This document shows, in pieces, positions 1-10,821 of a DNA stretch of 64,000 bases; position 1 is the first letter of the stretch; each line of letters opens with the position of its first letter. The stretch is from an uncultured Lachnoclostridium sp. Its GTDB lineage: Bacteria > Bacillota > Clostridia > Lachnospirales > Lachnospiraceae. The stretch is taken from positions 16,504 to 80,503 of the forward strand of contig CAMLYF010000006.1 in assembly GCA_946491795.1 (NCBI GenBank). The letters are read 5' to 3'. The notes under the pieces are model-generated. The model had not been told where the DNA came from. It made no database searches and saw only the letters and a list, made by a program, of their open reading frames with translations. The position numbers and the translations under genes were made by a program.

Positions 1-443
1 TAACTTGTCGTGATGACAAACACGATATCATTGTCTTTCACATGAGCACGGATCGCATCGACCGGAGTCATATGGATATGACGCTTTGCTACAATAACTC
101 CTTTTTCCAGTTCGATTTTTCCTTTCGGACCGATCAGGGTGCATCCGGGCGTGCCTTCCAGATCGCCGGACTGCCGGATCACGCTCTTGATGCCAAGACG
201 TCTCGCGTCTGTCACGGAAATCTCCACCTGAGTTTCTTTACGGCAGGGTCCCAGTATGACAACCTTTTCAAATCTGCCTTTCGGACCAACGACGGTCAGC
301 CTTTCTTTGCAGGCGTACTGGCCGGGCTGGCTCAGTTCTTTTGCAAAGGTAGGTTTTGTTCCGGCTCCGAACAGGGTCTCAAAATCTTCCTGCGTGATAT
401 GGATGTGTCTTGCAGAAGTCTCGATCGGTATTGTTAAGCTCAT
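1..443 (-). CDS. pduL: PduL-type phosphate propanoyltransferase (phosphotransacylase); C-terminal part cut by window edge
   Basis: Open at the window edge, so absent from the ORF track. My translation of the minus strand from ATG (443-441) gives MSLTIPIETSARHIHITQEDFETLFG...GVIVAKRHIHMTPVDAIRAHV. The duplicated RHIH motifs are the PduL hallmark. AAAGGAG RBS upstream. Confidence 0.8.
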   Translation of the reverse strand, partial: MSLTIPIETSARHIHITQEDFETLFGAGTKPTFAKELSQPGQYACKERLTVVGPKGRFEKVVILGPCRKETQVEISVTDARRLGIKSVIRQSGDLEGTPGCTLIGPKGKIELEKGVIVAKRHIHMTPVDAIRAHVKDNDIVFVITTS

Positions 444-755
444 GGATCTTCTCACTCCTTTACCTTATTAGATTTTAGCAGAATAAAGTGCTGTTTTCAA
501 TAATGAGTTATCAGAGCGGAAATACCGTATTTATCTGAAAGCATCACATAAAATGTTAAAATATTGTCAAATATAAGTAAAAATAATATAAAGATCTTGT
601 AAAATATCGTTGACACACAGTAATGCGGCATGTTAGTTTTAATTTGGCGCGCAATTTCGCGCGCCGGAAATAACAGACAACTACATATAGACAAAAAATA
701 GCGCATTTTATAACAAACAATATCAGGCGCTATCGTTCGCAAAGGAGAAAAAGGA

Positions 756-2384
756 ATGGGAATAACAGATGTACTTTCTTTATTCGGCGGCCTTGCACTC
801 TTCCTGTACGGAATGCAGATGATGAGCAACGGTCTGGAAGCGGCTGCCGGCAACAAGATGAAATCAATCCTTGAGAAACTGACTTCAAACCGGATCAAGG
901 GGGTTCTGGTGGGAGCCGTGATCACGGCCGTGATCCAGTCTTCTTCAGCGACCACAGTCATGGTCGTAGGCTTTGTAAATTCCGGTCTTATGACACTGCA
1001 GCAGGCTGTGTGGATCATCATGGGAGCCAATATCGGTACCACCATCACAGGCCAGCTTATCGCTCTGGATATCGGAGCTATTGCGCCGCTGTTCGCGATC
1101 ATCGGTGTCGGTGCGATCATGTTCTCGAAGAACGAAAAGGTGCATCATATCAGCAGTATCATTGCAGGACTTGGTATCCTCTTTATAGGTATGGACATGA
1201 TGGGAACTGCGATGGAACCGCTTCAGGAGTCGCAGGCATTTATCAACCTGATGACCCAGTTCAGCAATCCGCTTATCGGTATTCTGGTAGGTGCGGTATT
1301 TACGGCGGTGATCCAGTCGTCTTCGGCATCTGTAGGTATCCTGCAGGCGCTGGCATCAACAGGGATGATCCCGCTGTCGAGCGCGGTTTACGTGCTTTTC
1401 GGACAGAATATCGGAACCTGTATCACGGCGGTCCTTGCATCCATCGGAACTAAGGTGAATGCGAGACGTACGACGGTCATTCATCTAATGTTTAATATTA
1501 TCGGTACGGTGATTTTTACTGTCATATGTATGGTGACTCCATATGTGACTTTCGTAGAATCGATTACTCCTGGAGATCCGGTGGCTCAGATTGCGAATGC
1601 GCATACCATATTCAACATCGTGACAACACTGATCCTGCTTCCGTTCGGCACTTATATGGCGCATGCAGCGGAGAAGATCCTTCCGGACAGCAAGAAGGAA
1701 GACGACGAAGATCTCCGGCTCAAATATATCAGGCCTTTTGACTCTTCCTATGCAGTCGGCAACAGTGCCATCGCGGTCACTCAGGTGAAAGAAGAAGTGA
1801 ACCGTATGCTGGACATGGTGGCGAAGAACATCGGCGACGCTTTTGACACACTCATTAAATACAATGACAAGTCGCGTAAGAAGGTCGAAGAGAGAGAAGA
1901 GTATATCGATTATCTGAACAAAGGGATTTCAGAGTATATCGTTTCCCTTATGGCAGGAGAGATGAACGCGGATGATTCCCGCAAGATCAACGGCTATTAC
2001 GCGATCATCAGCAATCTTGAGAGAATCGGCGATCACGCCACAAATATCGCGGGGTATGCCGATGATATGAAGAAATGGGATCTGAAGTTCTCGGACAATG
2101 TACTTGACGAGCTGGAAGAGATGAAAAAGCAGTGTATCACCTGTCTGGAAAATGTAAAAAATGTGGATCCTGCTGATACGGGCAGAGTGCTCAGCCAGGC
2201 GGAAGTATTGGAACAGAAGACAGACGATATGCGCGATAAGTACTTTAAGAAACAGATGCAGAGACTGAAGAAAGGCAAGTGCAATCCTCAGAGCGGCATC
2301 GTGTTCTCGGAAGTGCTGACGGATTTTGAGAGAATGGGAGACCATGCACTCAATATTGCCCAGCAGTATAAAGAGATGGGCTAA
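756..2384 (+). CDS. Na+/phosphate symporter family protein with PhoU-like C-terminal repeats
   Basis: 542-aa ORF. Duplicated VIQSSSA(T/S) transporter motif in the two membrane halves. Two C-terminal ERIGDHA / ERMGDHA PhoU-like repeats. AAAGGAG RBS upstream of the ATG. Confidence 0.9.
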   Translation: MGITDVLSLFGGLALFLYGMQMMSNGLEAAAGNKMKSILEKLTSNRIKGVLVGAVITAVIQSSSATTVMVVGFVNSGLMTLQQAVWIIMGANIGTTITGQLIALDIGAIAPLFAIIGVGAIMFSKNEKVHHISSIIAGLGILFIGMDMMGTAMEPLQESQAFINLMTQFSNPLIGILVGAVFTAVIQSSSASVGILQALASTGMIPLSSAVYVLFGQNIGTCITAVLASIGTKVNARRTTVIHLMFNIIGTVIFTVICMVTPYVTFVESITPGDPVAQIANAHTIFNIVTTLILLPFGTYMAHAAEKILPDSKKEDDEDLRLKYIRPFDSSYAVGNSAIAVTQVKEEVNRMLDMVAKNIGDAFDTLIKYNDKSRKKVEEREEYIDYLNKGISEYIVSLMAGEMNADDSRKINGYYAIISNLERIGDHATNIAGYADDMKKWDLKFSDNVLDELEEMKKQCITCLENVKNVDPADTGRVLSQAEVLEQKTDDMRDKYFKKQMQRLKKGKCNPQSGIVFSEVLTDFERMGDHALNIAQQYKEMG

Positions 2385-2407
2385 AAACTATATAATGGAA
2401 TGAAATG

Positions 2408-2494
2408 TTCCCTCATTTTGCAGATATGCCGGTATCCGGAGAAAAGAAACGGATATGGACAAATTTGTGAAATGAGGGAATTGTATTTTGTGTG
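2408..2494 (+). terminator. Long nested stem-loop followed by a T-rich tract (terminator of the Na/Pi gene or leader of the GH3 gene)
   Basis: TTCCCTCATTT (2408-2418) pairs with AAATGAGGGAA (2470-2480). This stem encloses an inner TATCCG/CGGATA hairpin and is followed by ttgtattttgtgtg. Confidence 0.4.
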
Positions 2495-2568
2495 AATATG
2501 AAGGATAATGGATTAAATGAATGTATTGTAAAACCGTAAGGAAGTTGGGAAAGAAAGGAGAAAGTCAG

Positions 2569-5412
2569 GTGGATAACAGATATATACTGGATCAGGAGAG
2601 GTACGCAGCCCTTGCAAAGCGCGCGGCGGCAGAAGGATGTGTGCTGCTTAAAAATACGAAACGCGCCCTGCCGCTGAAGGAGGGGGAAAGTGTCTCTGTA
2701 TTCGGACGTATCCAATTTGATTATTACAAAAGCGGAACCGGGTCAGGCGGTCTCGTAAATACCAGATATGTTGTGGGAATTCTGGACGCCTTAAAAGAAG
2801 AAGATCTGATTTTGAACCAAAAGGTGGAAGAGACTTACCGGAAATGGCTGGAAACACACCCCTTTGATGCAGGAACCGGCTGGGCGCAGGAACCGTGGAG
2901 TCAGGAAGAGATGCCTCTTACAGATGAACTGGTCAGAGAAGCTTCTGCCCGGTCAGATGCGGCCATAGTGATCATAGGACGTACGGCGGGAGAGGATCAG
3001 GATGCCTGCGCGGAAAAGGGCAGCTATCTGCTCACTGACCTGGAGGAGGAGATGCTTGAGAAAGTGTGCAGAGCTTTCCCGCGTACGATTGTAGTTCTGA
3101 ATGTCGGAAGTATTATCGACATGAAATGGGTGGAGAAATACGATCCTTCCGCAGTGCTGTATGTATGGCAAGGCGGCATGGAAGGCGGACATGGGGCCGC
3201 GGACGTGCTCATGGGCAGAGTAAATCCCTGCGGAAAGCTGACCGATACGATTGCCTGTGACATCAGTGACTATCCTTCTACGAGAAATTTTGGCAGAGAT
3301 GCGGGCGACGTCTATCAGGAGGATATTTATGTGGGATACCGGTATTTTGAAACGTTTGCAAAGAAGAAAGTACTGTATCCCTTCGGGTTTGGAATGTCAT
3401 ATACCGGATTTGAACTGAAAGACGGCCGCATGGAGCGTACTGTGAAAGAATCGCGGCATGAAGATTCACAGGCTGTTACAGCGGATGCGGATGACAGCTC
3501 ACGCTTTTCTGTGCAGTTTTCCGTGAAGGTAAGAAATGTGGGGGATGTAAGCGGAAAAGAAGTGGTGCAGGTCTATGTGAAAGCGCCGCAGGGGGAGCTG
3601 GGGAAGCCGCTGCGGAGTCTGGCTGCATTTGCAAAGACCCGGGAACTGGAGCCGGGAGAAGAAGAGCTGCTGGTGATGACGGCTCCGGATCTTATGCTGT
3701 CTTCCTATGACGACAGCGGGGCGGCGGGATATAAATCCTGCTATGTGATGGAAGAGGGGACTTATGAGTTCTATATCGGTACGGACGTGCGGAATGCGGA
3801 ATGTATCGGAAATCTGCATATCGATAGGACAGTTGCAGTCGAGAGATGCAGAGAGTGTGCGGCTCCGGTAGAAAGTTTTCAAAGGATGCGTACAGCCGCA
3901 GGAGCAGGCGCGGAGACAGCAGGCGGTGAAGCGGAACTGGAGCTGACGTGGGAAAACGCGCCGGCAAGAACCGAATCCGTCAGCATCCATATGAGAGATG
4001 ATAGGGCCGAGGATATTCCCTGTACAGGAGACAGAGGGATCCGGCTGGGGGATGTTTTTGACGGAAAGGCAGATATGAAAAGCTTCCTTGCCCAGATGTC
4101 AGATGATGATCTCTGCTGCATTGTAAAGGGGGAAGGAATGTGCTCTCCGAAAGTGACGCCAGGCACTGCGGCGGCTTTCGGCGGTCTGACGGAATCTTTG
4201 CAAAAACTTGGAATTCCCTGCGGCTGCTGCGCAGACGGACCTTCGGGAATCCGTATGGACTGCGGTACACAGGCATTTTCCCTTCCCAACGGCGTCTGTC
4301 TGGCGTCTTCATTCAACGAAGAACTGCTGGAGGAGCTCTATGAGATGACGGGCGCAGAGCTCAGGAAAAACCGGATAGATACCCTGCTCGGCCCGGGCAT
4401 GAATATACACCGCAATCCGCTGAACGGGCGCAATTTCGAGTATTTTTCGGAAGATCCTCTGGTAACAGGAAAGATCGCGGCGGCCCAGCTGCGGGGGATG
4501 GCGAAATATGGCGTGACCGGCACGATCAAGCATTTTGCGGCAAACAATCAGGAGTATAACCGGAGAAAATGCAACTCGATCCTGTCAGAGCGGGCGCTTC
4601 GGGAGATTTACCTGAGAGGATTCGAGATCGCGGTAAAGGAAGGCGGCGCCCATTCAATCATGACTACATACGGCGCGGTAAACGGTCTGTGGACAGCCGG
4701 AAATTATGATCTCCTTACCAGACTGCTCCGTCAGGAGTGGGGGTACGACGGTATGGTGATGACAGACTGGTGGGCTGAGATGAACGACGAGGGCGGACAG
4801 CCTTCTGTGGAAAATCTTGCCGAGATGGTACGCGCGCAGAATGACGTGTTCATGGCGGTTCCCGATACAGAAGAAAAAATGGGAAATCTCAAAGAAAGTC
4901 TTGCCAGCGGTTTCCTGACGAGAGGGATGCTTTTAAGATGCGCGGGAAATGTCCTGAAGATGCTCATGCGTTCCCCGGTGATGGAGAGGGCTCTGGGACG
5001 TATTTCGGATGAAGAGAAAGCGGCAGCCGAGAATGCGTTGCCGGAGGAACAGGCTGATTTTGATCTGGAATACTATAAAATAGATGAATATCTGGAGCTT
5101 CCGGGAGAAAAGATCTGTACGGATCGGGGAGAATCGTGGACGTTCGGAATCATTATCCGTGATCCGGGCGTATACCGCCTTACATTGACGGCGAGCGCCG
5201 AAGGAGGAGAACTGGCTCAGATTCCTGTTTCAGTATTCCTGAACGGAGCACTGAAAGGTTCTATCACGGTGAACGGAACGGATGGAAAGGTGATTGAAAT
5301 AGATCAGAGCATGGGTGAGATTTTCTTCCCGAATAATTATGTGCGGATTTACTTTGCACAGAGCGGTATGAAGATAAAGAGCGTGAAGATATGGAAGGAG
5401 AAGGGAGATTGA
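2569..5412 (+). CDS. Glycoside hydrolase family 3 beta-glucosidase with permuted domain order
   Basis: The ORF-track frame starts at 2521, but the in-frame GTG at 2569 sits 8 nt after AAAGGAG. The catalytic-domain motifs (GPSGIRMD, SEDP, KHFAANNQE, MVMTDWW) lie in the C-terminal half. The alpha/beta-sandwich and FnIII-like region (VQVYVKAP...) lies in the N-terminal half. Confidence 0.9.
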   Translation: MDNRYILDQERYAALAKRAAAEGCVLLKNTKRALPLKEGESVSVFGRIQFDYYKSGTGSGGLVNTRYVVGILDALKEEDLILNQKVEETYRKWLETHPFDAGTGWAQEPWSQEEMPLTDELVREASARSDAAIVIIGRTAGEDQDACAEKGSYLLTDLEEEMLEKVCRAFPRTIVVLNVGSIIDMKWVEKYDPSAVLYVWQGGMEGGHGAADVLMGRVNPCGKLTDTIACDISDYPSTRNFGRDAGDVYQEDIYVGYRYFETFAKKKVLYPFGFGMSYTGFELKDGRMERTVKESRHEDSQAVTADADDSSRFSVQFSVKVRNVGDVSGKEVVQVYVKAPQGELGKPLRSLAAFAKTRELEPGEEELLVMTAPDLMLSSYDDSGAAGYKSCYVMEEGTYEFYIGTDVRNAECIGNLHIDRTVAVERCRECAAPVESFQRMRTAAGAGAETAGGEAELELTWENAPARTESVSIHMRDDRAEDIPCTGDRGIRLGDVFDGKADMKSFLAQMSDDDLCCIVKGEGMCSPKVTPGTAAAFGGLTESLQKLGIPCGCCADGPSGIRMDCGTQAFSLPNGVCLASSFNEELLEELYEMTGAELRKNRIDTLLGPGMNIHRNPLNGRNFEYFSEDPLVTGKIAAAQLRGMAKYGVTGTIKHFAANNQEYNRRKCNSILSERALREIYLRGFEIAVKEGGAHSIMTTYGAVNGLWTAGNYDLLTRLLRQEWGYDGMVMTDWWAEMNDEGGQPSVENLAEMVRAQNDVFMAVPDTEEKMGNLKESLASGFLTRGMLLRCAGNVLKMLMRSPVMERALGRISDEEKAAAENALPEEQADFDLEYYKIDEYLELPGEKICTDRGESWTFGIIIRDPGVYRLTLTASAEGGELAQIPVSVFLNGALKGSITVNGTDGKVIEIDQSMGEIFFPNNYVRIYFAQSGMKIKSVKIWKEKGD

Positions 5413-5440
5413 ATATTCAGTCTCCCTTCTCCTGAATTTT
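5397..5440. terminator. Bidirectional stem-loop between the convergent GH3 and GH94 genes
   Basis: Perfect 12-bp stem GGAGAAGGGAGA (5397-5408) / TCTCCCTTCTCC (5421-5432), followed by tgaattttt. It overlaps the GH3 stop codon. Confidence 0.7.
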
Positions 5441-5446
5441 TGTCCG

Positions 5447-7888
5447 CTACATTACAGCGAGAATATACATTTCTTTTTCTTCTGCATTGAAAGGCACTTT
5501 GTTCCCTGAGAGTGTTTCTCCGTTGACAGTGAGCGATGAAACGCCTTTTTCTTTATGGTCAGGATTCTGTACGGTGATATGATATTTAACACCGCGGAAT
5601 ACCCTTGTCACTTCGTAACTTTCCAGAATATCCGGGATACACGGATCAATGATAAGTCCATCGTAATCCGGACGTATACCGAGTATGTACTGAGATACGT
5701 TTAAAAACGTCCATGCCGCGGTCCCGGTCAGCCAGCTGTTCTTCGCCTCGCCAAAATTAGGCGCGTCTTTACCGGCGATCATCTGTGAATATACATACGG
5801 TTCTGTACGGTGGATGTCGCTGATATCTTCAATATAAGCCGGACAAGTGCGGGTGTAGACGCTCCACGCACGGTTTCCTCTTCCCACGACGGTCTCGGCG
5901 ATGGAGATCCATGGGTTATTGTGGCAGAAGATTCCGGCATTCTCCTTGTATCCCGGCGGGTAGGAGGATATCTCTCCCAGCTCGGTGTGATAGCGCAGAT
6001 ATGGGGGCTGGAGCAGCACGATCCCGTATTTTGTATCAAGATGCTTTTCGACAGATTCCAGAGCTTTTAAGCAGTACCCGTCAGAGAGACCGATCCCCGC
6101 CATAGAACAGAATCCCTGAGGCTCGATAAATATCTTTCCTTCTTCGCACTCATGGGAGCCTACTTTGTTTTTAAAATGATCGTATGCTCTCAGATACCAT
6201 TCTCCGTCCCATCCTGCGTCCAGAACGGTCTGTTCCATATCTTTTACGGCTTTCTCGGCAAAGTCAGCTTCGTCTTTCATGCCCTGATGACGGCAGATTG
6301 CGGTATAGTCCTTTCCGTACAGGACAAACATCCCGGCAATAAATACGGACTCCGCATTCGGCCCTTCGGACGGTCCGGACGTCTGGAAAGATTCTCCCGG
6401 TTCCGTGGAAAAACAGTTCAGGTTCAGGCAGTCGTTCCAGTCTGCCCGCCCGATCAGCGGCAGACCGTGAGGCCCCAGGTGATCCACCGTGTAGTGGAAG
6501 GAGCGGCGTAAGTGCTCCATAAAGGATACTGTGTTGGAAGTATCGCTGTCAAACGGAGTCGTCTCATCCAGGATCGTATAATCGCCGGTCTCTTTGATGT
6601 ACGCAGCTGTTCCGGCGATAAGCCATAACGGATCATCGTTGAAGCCGCTTCCGATATCCGAGTTGCCTTTCTTTGTGAGCGGCTGGTACTGGTGGTATGC
6701 GCTGCCATCCTCAAACTGTGTGGAGGCGATATCGATCAGTCTCTGCCTTGCCCTGTCAGGAACAAGATGGACAAATCCAAGCAGATCCTGACAGGAATCC
6801 CGGAATCCCATGCCGCGCCCGATCCCGGATTCAAAGTAGGAGGCGGAACGGCTCATGTTGAAAGTGACCATACACTGATACTGATGCCATACATTGACCA
6901 TCCGGTCCAGTTTCTCTTCGTCGGAGGATACGGTAAAGCGGCTCAGAAGATTCGTCCAGTAGTCTTTGAGCTTTTCCAGTGCCAGATCGGCCTTTTCTTC
7001 AGAGTCAAATCTTGCCATCAACTCGTCTGCGCGTTTCCGGTTGATCCGGCCTTCTTCCGGGCGTCCGTCCCATTTTTCTTCCACAGGATTTTCTATATAA
7101 CCCAGAAGGAATATATAAGTTCTGGATTCGCCGGGAGCAAGGGCTATTTTGATATGGTGGGATCCGACCGGCGCCCATCCGCTGGCGATCGAGTTTTTCG
7201 ACTCGCCTTTTACTACGCATTCCGGAGCGGAATTTTCCCCGTAAGCGCCGAGAAATGCATCCCGGTCCGTATCATATCCGTTGATAGGGGTGTTTACCGC
7301 ATAGACCGCATAATGATTCCTGCGTTCCCTGTATTCGGTCTTGTGAAAGATGGCTGATCCGTGCACTTCCACTTCACCGGTTGAATAATTACGCTGGAAG
7401 TTGGTCATGTCGTCCATCGCGTTCCAAAGACAGAATTCCACATATGAAAAAACAGAGAGCTCTTTTGTATCTGTACTTTCATTTGTAAGCGTCAGCTTAT
7501 TGACCTCGCAGTTCTCTCCTACCGGAACAAAAGCTGTCAGTTCTGCTGCAACAGAATTCTTTTTTCCCTCAAAGACGGAATAGCCCAGACCGTGACGGCA
7601 CTTGTAAGAGTCCAGACATGTCTTTGAAGGCATCCATCCCGGATTCCAGATGGTATCCCCGTCTTTTATATAGTAATAATGTCCGTTGCTGTCCAGCGGC
7701 ACGTTATTGTACCGATATCGCGTCAGCCGCAGAAGCTTGGCGTCTTTATAGAAGCTGTAGCCTCCGCAGGTGTTTGAGATAAGAGAGAAAAAGTTCTCTG
7801 AACCCAGGTAATTGATCCAGGGAAGGGGCGTCTGAGGAACAGTGATCACATATTCTTTCCTTTCGTCATCAAAATATCCGTATTTCAT
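5447..7888 (-). CDS. cbp: GH94 cellobiose phosphorylase
   Basis: The ORF-track frame extends to 7960, but the internal ATG (7888-7886) follows GGAGG and gives [47 protein letters not shown]...RYRYNNVP. This is the canonical cellobiose phosphorylase N-terminus. The ~813-aa size fits cellobiose rather than cellodextrin phosphorylase. Confidence 0.9.
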   Translation of the reverse strand: MKYGYFDDERKEYVITVPQTPLPWINYLGSENFFSLISNTCGGYSFYKDAKLLRLTRYRYNNVPLDSNGHYYYIKDGDTIWNPGWMPSKTCLDSYKCRHGLGYSVFEGKKNSVAAELTAFVPVGENCEVNKLTLTNESTDTKELSVFSYVEFCLWNAMDDMTNFQRNYSTGEVEVHGSAIFHKTEYRERRNHYAVYAVNTPINGYDTDRDAFLGAYGENSAPECVVKGESKNSIASGWAPVGSHHIKIALAPGESRTYIFLLGYIENPVEEKWDGRPEEGRINRKRADELMARFDSEEKADLALEKLKDYWTNLLSRFTVSSDEEKLDRMVNVWHQYQCMVTFNMSRSASYFESGIGRGMGFRDSCQDLLGFVHLVPDRARQRLIDIASTQFEDGSAYHQYQPLTKKGNSDIGSGFNDDPLWLIAGTAAYIKETGDYTILDETTPFDSDTSNTVSFMEHLRRSFHYTVDHLGPHGLPLIGRADWNDCLNLNCFSTEPGESFQTSGPSEGPNAESVFIAGMFVLYGKDYTAICRHQGMKDEADFAEKAVKDMEQTVLDAGWDGEWYLRAYDHFKNKVGSHECEEGKIFIEPQGFCSMAGIGLSDGYCLKALESVEKHLDTKYGIVLLQPPYLRYHTELGEISSYPPGYKENAGIFCHNNPWISIAETVVGRGNRAWSVYTRTCPAYIEDISDIHRTEPYVYSQMIAGKDAPNFGEAKNSWLTGTAAWTFLNVSQYILGIRPDYDGLIIDPCIPDILESYEVTRVFRGVKYHITVQNPDHKEKGVSSLTVNGETLSGNKVPFNAEEKEMYILAVM

Positions 7889-8231
7889 ACCGGAACCTCC
7901 GTTTCCTAAAACATATGGGACAAATGGGTTTACGAATACGTTTAAGTAACGTATTTTCAAGGAAAAGTATATATGAAAGAAACTGAAAAATCAATAATAA
8001 TTTGAAAACGAGTAAGTTAAAGTACAAAATTCACAATTAAAATTTTATACAAAAACAGTAATGATATGTTAATTGCACAATAAAATAATAAAAAGTTTGG
8101 ATAAATTAACAAAATTGCAAAAATAGTATTGCGAAAATACGAAGATAGGATTATAGTTAAAGCACGAAAACGATTAAGTAAAAAGGAAAGATTACTTAAT
8201 CAGGATATGCGCATAGAAAGGGGAAAGCAGC

Positions 8232-9269
8232 ATGGTATCGATGAAGATGATAGCGGAACGGTGCAAAGTATCTGTTGCTACAGTCAGCAAAGCATTGAGC
8301 GACCGCGGAGATATCGGTGAAGATACCAAGAATCGTATCAGACAGACGGCAAAGGAGCTGGGATATGTTCCTAATGTCGCTGCCAGAGCATTGAAGACGA
8401 AACATTCTTATAATATAGGAGTTCTTTTTGAAGAACAGGCCGGAAGCGGTCTGACACATGAGTATTTTTCAGGAGTACTTAACGGGTTAAAGCTTCAGAT
8501 AGAACAGCAGCATTACGACCTTACTTTTATTAACACATCATTTGAGAACAGAGAGATGACCTATCTGGACCATGCGAGATATCGAAATTTTGACGGTATT
8601 GCGGTTATCTGCTGCGATGATTATGAATCGCCTCAGGTTCAGGAATTGTTGAGAAGCGATATACCCACAGTGACAGTAGACTATATACATCAGAACTGTA
8701 CAGCTGTTTTATCAAATAACATTAAAGGGATGGAAGACCTGATGAAATACATTTACAGTCAGGGACACCGAAGAATTGCTTACATATGCGGGCAGACCGG
8801 CTCTTATGTTACAAAAGACCGTCTGGCAGCATTTTACAGAACAGCAGAAGAACTGAAACTTGACATTCCGGGAGAATACGTAATAGAAGCCCGGTACATG
8901 GAGACAAAGGAATCTGCAGAAGCAACAAAATCCCTCCTTGATCTGAAGAATCCGCCCACCTGCATCATCTATCCCGATGATATGGCGCTGATCGGCGGAA
9001 GAAATGTGATCACGGAGAGAGGAATGACAATACCGGGTGATATATCCATCGCCGGGTATGACGGGATCAGGATGTCACAGCTGCTCCATCCGAAACTGAC
9101 AACGATCAGACAGGATACGGAGCGGATCGGACGGGAAGCCGGACGCAGGCTGATCCAGTCTATTGAAACACCGAAGACGGCTCTTGTGGAAAGAGTTGTT
9201 ATAGAGGGGGAATTGTTGACAGGACAGTCTGTCGGGAAGATAACCCCGGAAACAAATAACCAATTTTAA
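8232..9269 (+). CDS. LacI-family transcriptional regulator
   Basis: N-terminal HTH (MKMIAERCKVSVATVSKALSD) plus a periplasmic-binding-protein-like sugar-binding core. Divergent from cbp and upstream of the ABC importer. Confidence 0.9.
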   Translation: MVSMKMIAERCKVSVATVSKALSDRGDIGEDTKNRIRQTAKELGYVPNVAARALKTKHSYNIGVLFEEQAGSGLTHEYFSGVLNGLKLQIEQQHYDLTFINTSFENREMTYLDHARYRNFDGIAVICCDDYESPQVQELLRSDIPTVTVDYIHQNCTAVLSNNIKGMEDLMKYIYSQGHRRIAYICGQTGSYVTKDRLAAFYRTAEELKLDIPGEYVIEARYMETKESAEATKSLLDLKNPPTCIIYPDDMALIGGRNVITERGMTIPGDISIAGYDGIRMSQLLHPKLTTIRQDTERIGREAGRRLIQSIETPKTALVERVVIEGELLTGQSVGKITPETNNQF

Positions 9270-9282
9270 AGGAGGTCCATCT

Positions 9283-10650
9283 ATGAAAAAGAAACTGGTA
9301 AGCGCTTTATTATGTACGGCAATGGTTACATCCATGATCGCAGGATGCGGAAGTACAGGCGGCAATGACAGCAGCGGAGCAGGAACGAACGGTAAAGAAG
9401 CAAGCGCAGACGAGCAGGGCAAGGTATTTAATATCTATTGCTGGAACGAAGAATTCAAGACAAGGATCACAGACCACTATGCAGACTATGAAGAAGTAGA
9501 TGCTACGACCGGAAAGATCGGTGATATCACCGTAAAATGGAATATCACTCCAAGTGATGATAATGCATATCAGAACAATCTGGATGCAACACTTCTGAAA
9601 CAGGCTGACGCGGCTGCTGATGACAAGATCGATATGTTCCTTGTTGAGGCTGATTACGCATTAAAATATGTAGACAGTGATTATACAATGCCTATTAAAG
9701 ATCTGGGAATTACCGATGACGATCTGTCAAAACAGTATCAGTATACAAAGGATGTTGTTACGGATTCCGACGGTGTTCTGAAAGGCCTGTCATGGCAGGG
9801 CTGCCCGGGAGTTCTTTTCTATAACAGAGCGGCGGCAAAAGAGGTATTCGGAACAGACGATCCGTCTGAAGTACAGAAATATGTAAAAGACTGGGATACA
9901 TTTAACGATACGGCAGCTACACTGAAAGACGCAGGCTACAGTATTATGTCCACAGTAAATGACTCCTACCGCGTATATTCCAATAATGTATCTTCTCCGT
10001 GGGTAGTAGACGGCAAGATCAATATTGACGACAACATCATGAATTGGGTAGACGATTCGAAAGAGCTGGTAGACGCAGGCGAGACAAATACATATGAACT
10101 CTGGAGCGATGACTGGAGCAAAGGTTTCTATCCGGACGGAAAAGTATTCTGCTACTTCGGACCTGCATGGCTTGTAAACTTCTCTATGGCAGCTGACACA
10201 GAAGGCAGTATCGGATACGAAGGCGGCTGGGGCGCTACTGAAGGACCGCAGGGCTTCTTCTGGGGCGGCACATGGATCTGCGCGGCAGAAGGAACAGACA
10301 ATGCTGATCTGATCAAAGACATCATGCTGACAATGACAACAGACGATACAGTAATGAAAGAGATCGTAGTAGACGATGACGACTTCGTAAACAATCAGGA
10401 TGTCATGAATGAGATGGCTGAGGATCCCGATTATTCAAGCAAGATTCTGGGCGGCCAGAACCCGCTTCCGATGTACATCGCAGGCGTTGAGAATCTTGAT
10501 CTGAGCAACCTTTCCGCATATGATCAGGGATGTAACGAAGAATTCCAGAACGCGATGAAGAACTACTTTGAAGGCAGTGCAACAAAGGACGAGGCACTTG
10601 ATCTGTTCTACAAAGCAGTGGTAGAGAAGTATCCGGAACTTACTTATTAA
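9283..10650 (+). CDS. ABC transporter sugar-binding lipoprotein (CUT1 type)
   Basis: Signal peptide with lipobox (MIAGC), then a Ser/Gly linker. 455 aa. Followed by two MalF/MalG-type permease genes. Confidence 0.85.
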   Translation: MKKKLVSALLCTAMVTSMIAGCGSTGGNDSSGAGTNGKEASADEQGKVFNIYCWNEEFKTRITDHYADYEEVDATTGKIGDITVKWNITPSDDNAYQNNLDATLLKQADAAADDKIDMFLVEADYALKYVDSDYTMPIKDLGITDDDLSKQYQYTKDVVTDSDGVLKGLSWQGCPGVLFYNRAAAKEVFGTDDPSEVQKYVKDWDTFNDTAATLKDAGYSIMSTVNDSYRVYSNNVSSPWVVDGKINIDDNIMNWVDDSKELVDAGETNTYELWSDDWSKGFYPDGKVFCYFGPAWLVNFSMAADTEGSIGYEGGWGATEGPQGFFWGGTWICAAEGTDNADLIKDIMLTMTTDDTVMKEIVVDDDDFVNNQDVMNEMAEDPDYSSKILGGQNPLPMYIAGVENLDLSNLSAYDQGCNEEFQNAMKNYFEGSATKDEALDLFYKAVVEKYPELTY

Positions 10651-10753
10651 TATCACTTATAAAGTGAGGGGGATATAATCACCCGTAAATCGGACAGAAG
10701 AAGTCCATGAACAATATTCGCACATAAAGTATAGTGCGACAGCAGGTATTTTA

Positions 10754-10800
10754 GGCTGCGCCTGCCATGCCGCAAGGCAGGCGGACGCAGCCATCATTTT
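10754..10800 (+). promoter_or_regulatory. Intercistronic GC-rich stem-loop between the binding-protein and permease genes
   Basis: GGCTGCGCCTGCC (10754-10766) pairs with GGCAGGC..GCAGCC (10776-10792, 4-nt bulge), followed by atcatttt. This is the typical position for partial termination or mRNA stabilisation in ABC operons. Confidence 0.5.
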
Positions 10801-10821
10801 CTGAAACGGAGGACGGATCAG

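Noticed and set aside
646-665. GC-only hairpin GGCGCGC-aatttc-GCGCGCC in the pduL / Na-Pi symporter intergenic region
   Set aside because: It is only a 7-bp stem with no flanking conserved motif I can recognise. A nearby TTGACA (610-615) with a weak TAGTTT -10 makes it possibly a leader hairpin, but the evidence is too thin to call.
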